The translations under genes and the position numbers were made by a program. Under the pieces are notes generated by a model. The model made no database searches. It was not told the origin of the DNA and saw only the letters and a list, made by a program, of their open reading frames with translations. DNA of 64,000 bases from Pecten maximus (taxonomy: Eukaryota), in assembly GCF_902652985.1 (NCBI RefSeq), contig NC_047020.1, positions 33,108,001 to 33,172,000 on the forward strand, given 5' to 3'. How positions within the stretch are numbered: the stretch's first letter is position 1; each line of letters begins with the position of its first letter. This document shows positions 1 to 14,900 of the stretch, piece after piece.

Positions 1-271
1 TGAGTGACGCCATTTGTATTTATCAAACATAGAACTTGTTTTGACACGTATCAAGTATTCTGTTGGTTGCATCTTGATGTCAAATAAATCTGACTGACTG
101 ACGGGTTTCCGTCGCCACTAACTGCTTCGTCAAAATCGTGACACTGTCTAGTCGATACCCGCGGTCACCTTTATTGACCCGTTATACCAATACTGAGGTT
201 ACAAACTGTAACGACACTACTCAGGAAAGCCACTACTCTGGACACTCGGCATTATACACTTGGCTGTGAAC

Positions 272-3200
272 ATGAGTGGAAGTAAGCGTGTTGCTGTGGT
301 AAGTGTAAATCTTTTAATCCGTCTGTGATACAAATGTCATAAGATACCATTCTGAAATTTTCAAAAACGTAACTGACAATAGCTGTAAAATGTATTGCTT
401 TAATTAATTACCCTCACCAAATGAACACATTATAATTGGCCGTCCCATATATTCAATGTCGCTTTAACTCGTACGGTTACTACAGATATATCTCTGTGAA
501 CACGTAATTAAAATGAATTTCCTCTATTTCACTTTTACTTGCTTCTTTACTTAGAATATCAAGAATAATTAAAATACAGCGGACTTTTCTGCATTACAGT
601 TTTTGTTTCATGACTTAAAATATACATCTTTGTACTACGATAACTGTTTCCAAAAAAATGGGACATGCAATGGTATACAGTATAGTGAATATATGGAATA
701 AAGGAGAAGATTTACTTTGAACAAAATGGATTGACTGTAATAATAATTACTTTCGCCTTCAGGTGACCGGATCCAACAAGGGTATAGGCTACGCTATAGT
801 GCGTGGTCTGTGTAAACAGTTTCAAGGAGATGTTTACCTGACAGGTAAGGCATGTGTCACGTGATGAGATCAAGGCATGTTAAATCAATAACAGCATGTT
901 TTGATGACATAACGGGGCATACTTTTCTACGTCTCCTATGACAACAAGATATAATAAGTAAGGAGCGCATTTTCTGAAATTTCTAATTTATTGATGAAGA
1001 AAGAAAAAATCAAATACTAATATATATACGTAAAAATTACACAATCATGTGACATGCGGTTTTCTAATATCCATAGATAAATCATTATCCCAATATATGC
1101 TGACTAATATCCTTACTTGTCTAGCACAGTTAAGCTAGACATCTAGCTACCGCTGATATGATAACTGAAACATTGCGTTATATAGTGGGTCATGGTAAAT
1201 ATCTAGCTGTTGTGTATTTATAGAAGTTTTTAAATTGATGTTAGTCTATCTTAAACAGCAAGAAATCAAGAACTTGGTCTTAAAGCTGTAGAAGACCTGA
1301 AGAAAGAAGGTTGTCTAGTCAAATTTCACCAACTCGATATCACGAAGCCGGACACTATAAATAAACTTAAGAACTTCCTTCAGGACAATTATGGCGGGCT
1401 GGACATCCTGGTCAACAACGCTGGTATTGCATACAAGGTAAACTATCCAGTTATTACCGACCAGGCAATCATACATTATAGCGTCAAATTGAATAATATG
1501 TTCATATCGGGTTTTTTTTTATTTATTCATAATTTATTTGTCTATTGCTCAGTTTGAATACAAGGCATTATGTTTGCACTTTAACTTGGCGTTCTCTTTT
1601 TAATCAAAGGCTTTTCAGTCTTTATTTACAAAACACATCTTAAACGCCAAGTATAAGATAATGTATCACAATTAATATACCTATGAAATATGTTAAGAAA
1701 AGCGATTTATTTATGTTAAAAACAGGTAGGTAATTATTATCAATTATCAATATTACGTTAATAATCTGTTGGCTGAAAACAGTAATTTGTACATCCTTAG
1801 TTACTATTATGACAGGGGTGTTGTTTTATTTCATTTATTCACCTTGAGAGTCGTTTCTCAAAAATCTTGACACATAGTTTTCCCATTGATACCGTAGATC
1901 TTATGACCTTGAAATAGACATTATTCTTTTCTTACAAAATGTCGTAGGAATAATTTATTCTCTGAGTTTATAGTATGCACAGCTAAAGCTCTATTGATAT
2001 ATATATATATATTTCTTTGTATTATTGTAATAATATTCATTCTGTTCGCTTAATTATCTTAAATTATTTATACCTAATTTCAGCAATCATCCACTGCACC
2101 ATTTTCCGAGCAGGCGGAAGTGTCTGTCCAAACAAACTTCAATGGGACGCTTGATGTGTGTGAGGCACTGTTCCCTCTTCTTCGTCCAAACGCAAGGTAG
2201 ATCTGGAAAGAATGACACCTTTTTCCCCATTTGCTACAGATTTAATATTTTCTATTTGTTGTTATTGTTTCATGTTCCCGCAGTCTATAAAAACCATACA
2301 TCTAGCGATTTCCTCTTCTACTTCGTAATAAATAACAGCATGATATCGAAGATAATGGTTTTTCATGAAACCTTTTCCACTCTCTAGTTAATCTGTTTTG
2401 TCAATTACAGACTACACTCTTGTCTTGTTTACACTTTCATTCATTGTGGTTTTATGTAACGCATTGTTTCAGAGTGGTCAACGTATCCAGTATGGTGTCT
2501 CAGTTTGCACTAAAGAAATGCAAAGTGGATCTACAGAAGACTCTGGTAGACATTCCCCGTATCACTATGGACGACTTAAAGACATTGATGAAGCAATTTG
2601 TAGAGTATGTATATCTTGTTAGGTGAATTTTGGTGTATATATTATGTGGATTATGGTAAGCCTGTATACAAATTTGTGGTAACACTAGTTATAAATATTT
2701 TACATATTACTACATCTCCGACTAAATGAAAACATAAATTCAACCCCTTCCTCTTACACATTCCCACACTTATACTCTCTAACATCTCATACCTCCGTAC
2801 ATTCAACCTCTTCCCATAATTTCCCGCACCTATATCCCTTACCCTCTCACACGTCCCTACATTAAACCTCTCCCTCTCACACTTTCTCTCAACTATATCC
2901 CTTACCTTCTCAAAAGTCCCTTCATTCCACCTCTTCTTCCCATACTTTCCCTCACATTTATCCTGCCCTATCACAGTTTCCCACCTATACCCTCTTACAC
3001 TTTCCCCCCACCTTCTAGTATCCCCCACCCTTAAACTCCCAATCCTTTACCATGCCCTATCACATGATATTATGGCTATGTTATCATTTAGATTCCATCG
3101 CTTATCATGATATGTATTTCTTTTCATATTTTGTATCATACTATATACTGTATCTTGAGCCGATTATATTTGGAAACAAGGAACTAGTATGATCTGTGAC

Positions 3201-5655
3201 CAATTCTTCACAGGATTTCAAGCCCTAGATAATTGATCACAGCGCTACTTTGTAACTGTTATCCACGGTTACTCATAAAATGGTAACCACGATTAAGAAA
3301 TTTATCAGTTTAATACAACTATATCATAATAATAGCAGCGGCCATGTAATAATAGCTTATATAATACAACATTGCATGCAAAATATTGAGGCAGATAATG
3401 ATCCAATCACTTCGACAGGCAGTTGATAATTTATCACGTGAAATTGAAAATATATGATCAGAAGCTCAAAAATTTTGGGAGGTGTTAATAGCGTAAAAAA
3501 ATATATAACGGCCTGGTTTTTTAATGGGTCATGAGTATTCTCTTTTTTGGAGATTTGTCTACAGAAATGATATATCAAGTTAGGTAACTGATTAAATATT
3601 TTGCATGAATTTAAGTTCGAGGTATACATAGTGATTTGGAGTGTTTGTTATTACAATAATAGGCAGTATATTACTTTATTATTAATGCACTCGGACTGTT
3701 TTCTCTATTTAACGGACGTTTACCTGTGAATGTTTCATTATCTAAATTGAACTACAAATTTTAACCTTACGTCTTAATTACTGTCTTTAGCTCTCAATTT
3801 CTGTGAAAGAAGCTAAAAGTGTCTTCTATAATCCCTTAAACATTGTATAATTTGCCTGGTATTTGTCATCGTTTAGCTCAACAAAGAAAGGAACACATGG
3901 GGATGTAGGCTGGCCAGAAAGTGGATATGGTGCTTCGAAGATCGGAGTGACGGTCATGTCTATGATACAACAACGAGAATTGTTGAAAGACACTAGACAG
4001 GATATTGTGGTGAATGCGGTAAGAAACCTTCTGTATTATGTACACCGAATGTGACATCAGTATTAGTGATGCAACCTTTCGTTAGTCATTCGATATTAAC
4101 TGTTTGGTTAGAATAAACACGTATCCATGACTTTGACAGGGTTTAATTTGGTTTGGTTTGGTACGTTCTATTAACAGCTAAGATCATTTAAGGACGGCAT
4201 GCCATGTTTGCGAGATGCATGCGTTTGGTGAATGTATTTCTGTTTGCATACCTGTGAAAGAGATGATGCCGACTTTATAGTGCTAACTCACTGAAGCATA
4301 CTACAGAAGACACCAAGCAGGACACATTATCATGCTCGCGTTATATTGACAACGGGCGAATCAAGCGTTTCACTCCCAATAAATACTGAGCACTAAGCAG
4401 GAAAAAAAACTACAATTTTTAAAGACTCAAAGTCTCGCTTGCAGATGCGAATGCTCAACTAAAGGCGAAAAGTGACACAGTGTCAATAAAGACATCAGAT
4501 AGTTTAGAAAGAAAAAATAATATTCCAAATTTAGTCGCCTCTTACGATTATGCAAGAGGGCAGCAGGTACCATTCGAAACGCTCTACCTGCAGGAGAGAT
4601 CAAGAAAATTTAGTCTTACATTACCACGCATGATTCCCTTCCAAAAATGAACTTGTATTGGTATCCTGTAAATTTTGTTTAAAAGGGTACTAAAGGCATG
4701 GCTTTCGGAATGATTTGTTCATAAAGCGTATTAAACATTTGGACGTGACAGAATTACTTTACCTTTAATAATACATCTTCTAAATAACACATTTTCTCAT
4801 GAATATCAATAATAAGTATCAATAGTCAAAAAGATGTTTTTTTACATTCTAGTGTTGTCCCGGATATGTGGATACTGACATGTCATCGCACAAAGGAACT
4901 AAAACTATCGATGAAGGTAGTATCACTCTTAACATATTCGTACATGTATATAAAGTAAAATAGAGATCGCTAAACAATGTATATCTAATTGAAGCGGTCA
5001 ACATTTCCTTGCACGAATCTTCATTTCAAATGAGATTTAAACAAGTTTTGTTTCATTTAACCGAACGAAACCTACTGTTATGATACGAAAATTTGACTTC
5101 TCATATAACAAAAATTTTAACTCAAATTGCACGCGTTACCTCATTTTTCAATAGTGACTTTATACAGCCAATCATATATGGGAGTCTGAAGTTGGTTCCG
5201 AGTTCCGAGTTCCGTTTAAGTAAAGCGGAACTCGGAACCTTTAAGATAAACGGAACTCGGAACCAGTTCCGAGTTCCGTTTAAGAAGAACGGAACTGCAA
5301 TGTATAAGCTTTTTTTGAGTTTTGGTCCCAGTTCCGAGTTCCGTTTAAGAAAAACTGAAATACTATGTATTAGCTTTATTGGTTTTGGTCCCAGTCCCGT
5401 AACTACGTTCCGAGTTCCGTTTATCTTAAACTTCAGGCTCCCTACTGGCTCCCATCATATATCCCAGTAGGTGTTATTACATGTGGTGCTATTGAATAAA
5501 TGAAATAAATGAATAAATGCTTTCAACATCTTTCTTAACACCAAGGTGCTGACACGCCACTGTATCTCGCCATGCTCCCTCCCAACACGACCAGTCCTAA
5601 GGGAAATTACGTATCTGATAGGAAAATTGGAAAATGGGAGGTAACCCAAGCATAA
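272..5655 (+). CDS. CBR1: Carbonyl reductase [NADPH] 1-like SDR, copy A (8 coding exons)
   Basis: Manually spliced GT-AG exons 272-298, 763-844, 1259-1437, 2084-2196, 2473-2604, 3877-4018, 4853-4916, 5546-5655 join in frame. Motifs: VTGSNKGIG (Rossmann), FHQLDI, LVNNAGI, VVNVSS, catalytic YGASK, CCPGYVDTDM, GADTPLYLA. AATAAA near 5820. Confidence 0.95.
2740..3030. repeat. Pyrimidine-rich degenerate minisatellite (~60-63 bp unit) in CBR-A intron 5
   Basis: Recurrent TT(C/A)AACCTC...CTATATCCCTTACC units. A related C/T-rich tract lies in CBR-B intron 5 (~14390-14800). Confidence 0.65.
4145..4590 (-). mobile_element. Decayed SINE (Meta-domain-like) in CBR-A intron 6
   Basis: Reverse-complement homologue of the 44089-44594 element, including the tail and the TTAGTCGCCTCTTACGA motif. 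A more decayed counterpart lies in CBR-B intron 6 (~16478-16900). Confidence 0.75.
5180..5453. mobile_element. MITE with 9-bp TSD (Mutator-like) in CBR-A intron 7
   Basis: Termini GGGAGTCTGAAGTT / AACTTCAGGCTCCCTACTGGCTCCC. Perfect flanking direct repeat ATCATATAT (5171-5179, 5454-5462). Internal GTTCCGAGTTCCG repeats in both orientations. The equivalent site in copy B (~17480) is empty. Confidence 0.85.
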
Positions 5656-8189
5656 ACAAAACAACAATCAACGGATCGCACTGAATGGAAACGTCCATTC
5701 CGACATCAAGCATTACTAATTTACACGGAATGTAACAAGGAAGTTACATTAATCTGTGTGGACTAGTCTTTATCATATAGACACATCATAATCAAATTGC
5801 TGTTATTTATATTATTTGAAATAAATAAATATTGAAACCACTTTTTTCTTGTTCTTGTTATTTTCTGATACTATAAATGTAGTTATCCGTGAAATTTTTT
5901 CAGCATTCTGATGTAGCTCGGGAGCACAACATATAAACGTACATTATTTTATTGAGCAAAATGTAAATCTCGTAACTTTAACATAAAGGTGATAACAAAA
6001 AAAAAAAAAAAAAAAAAACAGCTTATGTCATACACTAATATCATCCGAAAATTTAACGTCGCCGTAATTACCTTCACCAGTCTATATCAACATTTCCGGT
6101 ATGTGTTCGTTATATATGTATAACCATACTAACGAAAAGGTCTTATACAAATGTGTAAACATTACATTTGACGCGTAGGCAGTCGGACCGGTGCACACAT
6201 GCGCAATTAGTGTGAATGTGCAACGACTATTTTCGTTTTTGTTTTGATTTTTTCCCAATAAAATATGAAAAGAATATAGTAGAATTAACTTAAATACATC
6301 GAGGAAAAAATAAAATGTTTGAAATATCTTACAGGACTCGAATTTAAAGAATGAGAGAAAACATGTTACTGTAGAAATATATATTTCTTTCATTCCTATA
6401 ATTGACAACCTTTCCCGCCCAATTAGGGTCAACTGTTTAGTGATTCCAGTACTTGTCAAGCTGTTACGTCTATTCGTATTACGCCATTTTTTTTATTTTT
6501 TTTTTTTACATGTACATAAGTGTAAGCTGCATTTTAAACAGATATTTCAACATCAGGCACGTTTGACGCACTAACTTGCGTCATATTGAATATCTGTAAA
6601 AGTGCACTGTAGAGACCGGTAAACGATAAAAAACAAGAATTATTTCGTAGATAACGTTCCGAGGAAAGTGATTGAAATAAATGTCATACGCTCACCACAC
6701 AATAAGTAGTTATTCTTGCACTTACGAAAACATCTAAGAATACCGACATAATAACAAAACAGTAACGTAACTCTAACTAAAAATCGTTAAAAAGTGGGCA
6801 AAATAACAACAAAATGTAGATTTGAATTTGGACCATTTAAATACTAATAGGAGAATAAGACGGAAGGAATATAATAAGTATCCTCTGCTTCATCCGCCAT
6901 ACAAAATCTAGGCCAAATCCGGGTCAGTCACATCCTCAAAAATAAAACTTCTGCATGGTAATCATTAACTTATATCTCTCGATATTGCAATGTTCTCAGT
7001 CAGCGTTTCGAAAGGGCAAACGTCTTCTCCACTCTGCATATCAACGTCAACTACAGATTTTTCCAGGATTCTATCTGCAAAAACATGGTTTCATTATTAG
7101 ATTTTTGAAACAAAATGTAGTGTGAATGTCAAGGAAGCCAATATTATCGAGAGACAACTTGACCTCTAACGTTGTTTATTTGAGAGCAAAAATTCTTAAC
7201 ACTTAATTGACAATATGAAATATCAAAGACATTTAAAGCCTTAAAATGGCTGTTCATTGATATTGGAATTAATGCAATATTTATTCTGTGAAGACTTTAT
7301 GGAAGGAATCAGAAATCAATCTTTGTCATATCATCTGAGAAAATTACGACACGTGTCTTAAATGAAAAAAACGCTTAACAAAGTTATGACTAGGTTACAA
7401 CTTATTGAGTATTAACAATAGCATTTATGGTAATGGTGTCATTATCAATATCATTTTCATGCATGGTGAAGCTATGCACAATATGGTTGTGCATATGAAT
7501 ATCAATTCAATGACAAAGTTCGTGTGATGGGCTCTTCACTGCCAGGTAAAGTGACATATGTATAATAACTTGAATGCAAATGCAACAACATGGGCAAAAT
7601 CCTGGGTAGCCTAACGGTGTCTAAAAATTACGTAACAGAGAGGGGCTGTCATACATAGTAATGTGTTAAACGTGTTTGACCTCAGACATAAGTGTTCTGC
7701 ACACATACAAACTTGTACGGTTCAACACAATAGATAGGTTGCAATGGCCTTTACTAATTTTTCAAATATAACTTTTCTGGAACAGGATAGAACCATAGGA
7801 TATGCTATCAAAATATGCAGTGCCTGACTGCAAGTCTTAGGCTGGTAGGTTAATTCTTCTATGGGTACCGGAGATGAAATTCTTAAGAGAAAACCACATT
7901 AAAATTGAGTTAATTTTGAAATGTCAATTTTAATATCTTGATAAGCTTTGAATTTAAAGTGATGGCTTTTGGTTAATAGCCAAGTATAGATATCGTGCTA
8001 CTCAGAAATATAAACAAATAAGATATAGAATAAAGATCAGGGGGAGATAACTCAATGTTATCTCCTCCACCCCCTAATTTCTGGTCTTTTTGTAAAAAAT
8101 GAAGAAAAAAAGGCCGGTCGAGAAAAAAAATCAGGAATAGAGCCATTATTTAGATAAAAGAGTCGAAACACAGACACAGGACACGGAAC

Positions 8190-8370
8190 CGGGCTAGTGA
8201 CAACAAAATAACCAGATATATCACCAAACACTGAACTTGGGTAGTGACAACAGAACAACCAAACACATCACCGAATACCGAATCGGGGTAGTGACAACAG
8301 AACAACCAGACACACACCCACACATTGAACCGGGGTAGTGCCAGCAGTACAACCAGCATACCACCGCACC
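8190..8370. repeat. ~47-bp minisatellite, about 4 copies
   Basis: GGGTAGTGACAACAGAACAACC core recurs at ~8191, 8239, 8286 and 8333. Confidence 0.75.
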
Positions 8371-9439
8371 CCGAGCCACGCTATATACCGCTACCATTGA
8401 AATACAAAATGTATGTGCGTATCTGCCCCGGTCTATGGTCCTCCTTGTAACTTTACATGGGTCATATTTTCATCATCAATCCCCCCTAAGTCTAAATTCC
8501 TCTCTAAATTCTGCTACAATGCCTCCAAGATGAGAATCCCGTCCGAAAATGTGCTAGTCTGTCCCATCATCTGGTTTCCAGGGACGCTGGATGGCACAAA
8601 ATGTCATATCCGGTAGCTCGCTATAGAATGAACCAATTACATATCTCACCAAAAATGACTTTCTTTTACAAGTTGATGTCTTGAATCTTCCCTGAAATTA
8701 CTTTTGCAACACCCCTGCTCCTCTTCCATTTGCTTCACCATGTATCGGGGTTTGAGACAGATTCACGATTTGAGTTCTGTAAAGTGCATCCTGCATTACT
8801 TCAGCTTGTAGAAGGTAGTGTTTTATTCATCACAGCTGTACAAACATCGAAGGTCAAGGTCACCTCAACATCTGGTCGTAGCCAAAAATCTTTCGTTATG
8901 TTATAATACATATGACTTCATTCCCTCAACTGTTCATTCGAACTTCGGGTATTGTGAAATTTATATCAATCCAAGTTTGAGGTTTTCTGCTACCAGAAAA
9001 ATGTTGTCATCGTATAAGTTTAATGGTATATAAGAACACAAAGGTATTCAAAATACAGTTACCCAGAAATTTACAGTGGACGGAGGAACCCCCATCTGGG
9101 AAATATTTGTCATTTTTCACCTTTATTTCTACGTCATTCTGATTTCAGTAGATGTGTATATTTTTGTTTTGTCAAGTCTTAAGACATTACTCTTTATTCT
9201 GGTATGTAGAAGGTACCTATTTCATATGTTAATTATTAAGGAAAATAACTACAAACCTCAACAACACGTCTCCAGTATGGGCTTGATTCAAGCGAATCAG
9301 CAGCTCATTGGCTGTTTTAGTTATCTGAGTCCTTTAAGAACAAGTCTATATTTTCTTTAATCGTAACCTCATTGAAATTGTTATACATTCAATTCTCACA
9401 GGTTACATCAACCTGTATTCAGCAGATTGTTTCCTCTGA

Positions 9440-9600
9440 TACAGTGGCCTTCAGATGGGTCAGAGGTGACATGATTGAGGTCTTCAAAATTACGAACAGT
9501 TTCTGTGGTGGCAGGGCAGCGGGTTTTCTGAAACTGGAGCAACAACGTCAAAAAATAAGGGGAAAAGGGACACTCAAAAACCTATTTACAAAGCATTATT
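9440..9600 (+). mobile_element. CR1-type LINE 3' ORF2 fragment
   Basis: Translates as TVAFRWVRGDMIEVFKITN, matching the C-terminal RGDMIEVYKI motif typical of CR1 ORF2. Otherwise decayed. Confidence 0.65.
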
Positions 9601-11964
9601 TACCTTAAACATGTTTTAACACTTGGTACACTTGTGATACAGGTGTGAACCTTCAATTAACTATTGTTTTAAAACTGATGTACAACGTTTTCCCCTTTGG
9701 AATAATTATAAGACAGACTTGCCCTGAAAATCCATTAAAAATTCATTATTAAAGAGGCTGAAGGCACTTAGAGTCTGCCTTGTAATAGTGAAGCTCGTGC
9801 TAATTTGATATGAATAAACATTGACATCAAGTGAAGACTGAGTAATCTGTCAGATTGATTGAGGGGATTAAACTTCTGTTATGACACTTGACTGACCTGA
9901 CAGACGTCATTATACTTTAATCTTATTTGCAGATATATTCTACTACATGTGTATAACGTCCACTGAAATTCTAAGAAAATGACCGTTAGTATAATTCACT
10001 TTCTGTATCTCTTAAATTTCCATGTCCCACACAACAGTCATACAACACTAAAGCCAATACCAACCAGCTATCTACTAGTGGTTTTTTGTTTTTTGTTTTT
10101 GTTTTTTTAATATAGAGTAATGTCTGAAAAGAATGGTGTTCCCACCTGTTGTCGTGTGGCCAGAATTCCGACCAGTACGAAAATACAACGTACGGCCAAT
10201 ATACAAGTCATAGGCGATACCTACAGATGAACTCAAACACTCCGTTACACGAAATCTGGACAGATACATGAGTTAATTGCACTGGCCTCTACTAAGGTTG
10301 AGAGATTGTGGAATGAACAATTAGAAACCTCGCCAAATAATCTTACATAGACCAGTGTTGGTCTATTTCTCCATTTATCATGTCCAATCAAATAATTTGG
10401 TAAGCATGATATTCACAACTGATCAATAGTTCCATAAAACAGCATTAAAACGAACGGAGATATTATAGGTAAGGCTACTAAGGCAAACAACAGCTGTACA
10501 GGTAAATGTTACTGGTAGCCATGGACACTGTCCATTTCTTGTATTGGGTTTTAATTGGTCACACATGATTGGTTTTAGTAAACTAGTCTACATACACTCC
10601 TAGTCTAAACCTATTGCACTAGGATGTTTAGTCAACACTCAACTGTATATTGATGACAAAGTATTGAATCGATGAGTAATAGATCAATCAGACTGGTGGG
10701 GAATTAATTTAAAACAATAATCAGAAAATAAGTAAGATATGCATCAAATTATTTCAGAGGTTATGCAAATCTCGTGAATTGCAGTTTTAGGAAAATTACA
10801 TAATGATGAAAATGAGTCGTTCTCCTGTTTGCGAATGGGAGGATATCCTAAGGAAAAAAATATTATAGAAATAATCGCAATATTTCTAGAATAAATCAGA
10901 AAGATTTGATAAGAAAGTGAAAGTGCATTTCTAACTTGTGATATTTGACAGAACACTATCATAAAAACGGTGCCACTTATTATTGAATTTTTTGTCCCAT
11001 GATAGTAAACACTAAATATGAAGCAATCATTCAGATTCCAAAATCTAAGTTAGTATTGATACCTCACTATTTTAAGATGTTTGCCACAAGAGCGACAACT
11101 TCAGAAAAACGCTCTCCTTGATTATTTGAGTATGTGGTCACCTAAACGTCAATGGTGGCTTTGTGTGGGTAGTTTTGAAATACCTTCGTTGTGCTTCCGT
11201 CCGTGCCAATAACAGTATTGAATATAAGTTGATAAAGTTTGTTTCCCAACTATTGTTATACAAACGGTATGTAAACATTGCGACAAGCGCAGACATGTAT
11301 GAAATCCATAGCTTTACAATTACTTTACATTACATTAGGGTCGATATACCAAACATGAGTGATACTTTAATATTGTAATATCCCAAATATTCTTGTTGGA
11401 TAATCAAATTATATAATTGTTACTATGAACACCATGTACTAAGGATTGTGTCTGGTACGGGACGTCTAAGAATTTGATATAACTTGTTGTTTAATATAAG
11501 ATTTATTGTGTATTTTCAGTGTATTCTGGTATCACCTCTGTAATTAAATAGAAAAAAATAGATAAAATGACCATTATATTAACACATGGTTCTTTGTTAA
11601 AATATATTAAGTCTTTCATTTTTGTACAAGCCCTTCTTAAAAGTTGACATTTCGTTAAGAGCGTTATTATAGCAAATCAATATCTAATATATATTTGAGT
11701 GACGCCATTTGTATTTATCAAACATAGAACTTGTTTTGACACGTATCAAGTATTCTGTTGGTTGCATCTTGATGTCAAATAAATCTGACTGACTGACGGG
11801 TTTCGTCGCACTAACTGCTGCGTCACAATTATGACACTGTCTAGTCGATACCCGCAGTCACCATTATTGACCCAATATACCAATACTGAGGTTACAATCT
11901 GTAACGACACTACTCAGGAAAGCCACTACTCTGGACTCTCGGCATTATACACCTGGCTGTGAAC

Positions 11965-14900
11965 ATGAGTGGAAGTAAGCGTGTTGCTGTGGTAAGTGTA
12001 AATCTTTTAATCCGTCTGTGATACAAATGTCATAAGATACCATTTTGAAATTCAAAGAAAATGTAACTAACAATAGCTGTAAAATGTATTGCCTTAATTA
12101 ATTACCCTCACCCAATGAACACACTATAATTGGCCGTCCCATATATTCAATGTCGCTTTAACTCGTACGGTTACTACAGATATATCTCTGTGAACACGTA
12201 ATTAAAATGAATTTCCTCTATTTCACTTTTACTTGCTTCTTTACTTAGAATATCAAAAATAATTAAAATACAGCGGACATTTCTGCATTACATTTTCTGT
12301 TTCATGACTTAAAATATACATATTTGTACTACGATAACTGTTTCAAAAAAATGGGACATGCAATGGTATACAGTATAGTGAATATATGGAATAAAGGAGA
12401 AGATTTTACTTTGAACAAAATAGCTTGACTGTAAGATTAAATGCTTTCGCCTTCAGGTGACCGGATCCAACAAGGGTATAGGCTACGCTATAGTGCGTGG
12501 TCTGTGTAAACAGTTTCAAGGAGATGTTTACCTGACAGGTAAGGCATGTGTCACGTGATGAGATCAAGGCATGTTAAATCAATAACAGCATGTTTTGATG
12601 ACATAACGGGGCATACTTTCTACGTCTTCTATGGTAACAAGATGCATTAAGTAAAGGGCGCATTTTTGAAATTTCTGATTGATTGATGTAGAAATAAATA
12701 AGCAAATACTTGTATATATATACATAAAAATTACACAATCCTCTGACCTGCGGTTTTCTTATTTCCATAGATAAATTATTATCCCAATATATGTTGACTA
12801 ATATCCTTACTTCTCACGCACAGTTAAGCTAGACATCTAGCTACCGCTGATATGATAACTGAAACATTGCGTAATATGGTAGGTCAAGGTCAACATCTAG
12901 CTGTTGTGTAGTTCTTGAATTTTTTGAAATGATATTAGTCTATCTTAAACAGCAAGAAATGAAGGACTCGGCCTTAAAGCTGTAGAAGACCTGAAGAAAG
13001 AAGGCTGTCTTGCCAAATTTCACCAATTGGATATCACGAAGCCGGACACTATAAATAAACTAAAGAAATTCCTTCAGGACAATTATGGTGGGCTGGACAT
13101 CCTGGTTAACAACGCTGGTATTGCATACAAGGTAAAAATATCCTGTTATTACTGACCAGGCACTCATACATTAAAGCGTCAAATTGAATAATATACTGTT
13201 GATATCGTTTTTTTATCTATTTATTTATTTATCGGTTGCTACGTTTGAATACAAGACATCATGTTTGCACTTTAACTTGGTGTTCTCTCTTCAATCAAAC
13301 GATGTTCAATCTTTATTTACAAACCCCTATTAAACGCAAAGCATAAGTATAATTCATCACAAAAATCGTCTGTTTGAATCAATATGCTTATGTTAAGAAA
13401 AGCGATTTATGTAAATCAAAGTAGGTAATTATTACCAATAATCAATATCACGTTAATAATATGTTGGCTGCAAACAGTCGTTAGTATCTCATTAGTTACT
13501 ATCATTACAGGGGTGTTGTTTTATTTCATTTATTTACCTTGAGAGTCGTTTCTCAGAAATCTTGACATATAGTTTTCCCATTGATACCGTATATCTTATG
13601 ACCTTGAAATATACATTATTCTTTACTTACAAAATGTCGTATGAATAATTCATTCTCTGAATTTATAGCATGCACAGTTCAAACTCTATTTATAGATATA
13701 GATGTCTTTGAAACAATACACTCATTCTGTTAACTTAACTACCTTAAATTATTTATACCCAATTTCAGCAATCATCCACTGCATCATTTTCCGAGCAGGC
13801 GGAAGTGACTGTCCAAACAAACTTCAATGGGACGCTTGATGTGTGTGAGGCACTGTTCCCTCTTCTTCGTCCAAACGCAAGGTAGATCTGGAAAGAATGA
13901 CACCTTTTTGCCCATTTGCTACAGATTTAATATTTTCTATTTGTTGTTTCATGTTCCTGCAGTCTATAAAACATACATCTAGCGATTTCTTCTTCTACTT
14001 CGTCTAACAGCATGATATTGAAGATAAAGGTTTTTCATGAAACCTCTTCCACTCTATAGTTAATCTGTTTTGTCAATTATAGACTAGACCCTTGTCCTGT
14101 TTACACTTTCATTCAGTGTTGTTTTATGTAACGCATTGTTTCAGAGTGGCAAACGTATCCAGTATGGTTTCTCAGTTTGCACTAAAGAAATGCAAAGTGG
14201 ATCTACAGAAGACTCTGGTAGACATTTCACGTATCACTATGGATGACTTAAAAACATTGATGAAGCAATTTGTAGAGTAAGTATTTCTTGTTAGATGAAT
14301 TTGGGTTAATTTTCATATTCTTCATACGGTAACACTACTAGTAAGAATTCCACATATTATTACTTCGCCAACGAAATAAAAAAAAAAAAAACATGAACTT
14401 AACCTCTTCATCTCACAATTCCCCACATCTTTATCATCTACCCTCTCACATGTCTTTGCATTCAACTTCGTCCTCTGATTCTTTCCCAAACCTATATCAT
14501 TCTGCCCTATCACAGATCAATACATATATCACCTGTCATATCACACTTTCTCACCTATATCCGTGCCTCCTCACACTTTCCCTACTTCACCTTCTTCTCA
14601 CACTTACCAGTTCCTTATTATCTCACTCCTTCCTACCTTCAATCTCTTTGAATTCCTCTCACGACTATTTCCCCCTGACCTCTCACCCCTCCACACTTTC
14701 AACCTACTCCTCTCATACTTTCACATACTTGATTTATGTTCTCTCTCACACTTCCCCCATCTACATCCATTGCCTTTCCCTCTTATACCCTTTCCCGCCT
14801 GGTATTCCCCTGTGAGGTTAGCGCATGCGCGAAGTCGCTAACCTTCTATTTGACAAACCTCATTCTGTAATGACATGGCGATAATACATCACACAAGCCT

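Noticed and set aside
6960-8840. Possible minus-strand exon remnants between CBR-A and CBR-B (~6965-7075, ~8650-8835)
   Set aside because: Short frames with stops or frameshifts, no recognisable domain I can defend, and no consistent gene model.
14393-14841. Ser/His/Leu/Pro-rich ORFs of 92-140 aa
   Set aside because: Low-complexity C/T-rich intronic tract of CBR-B; stop codons are scarce because of base composition.
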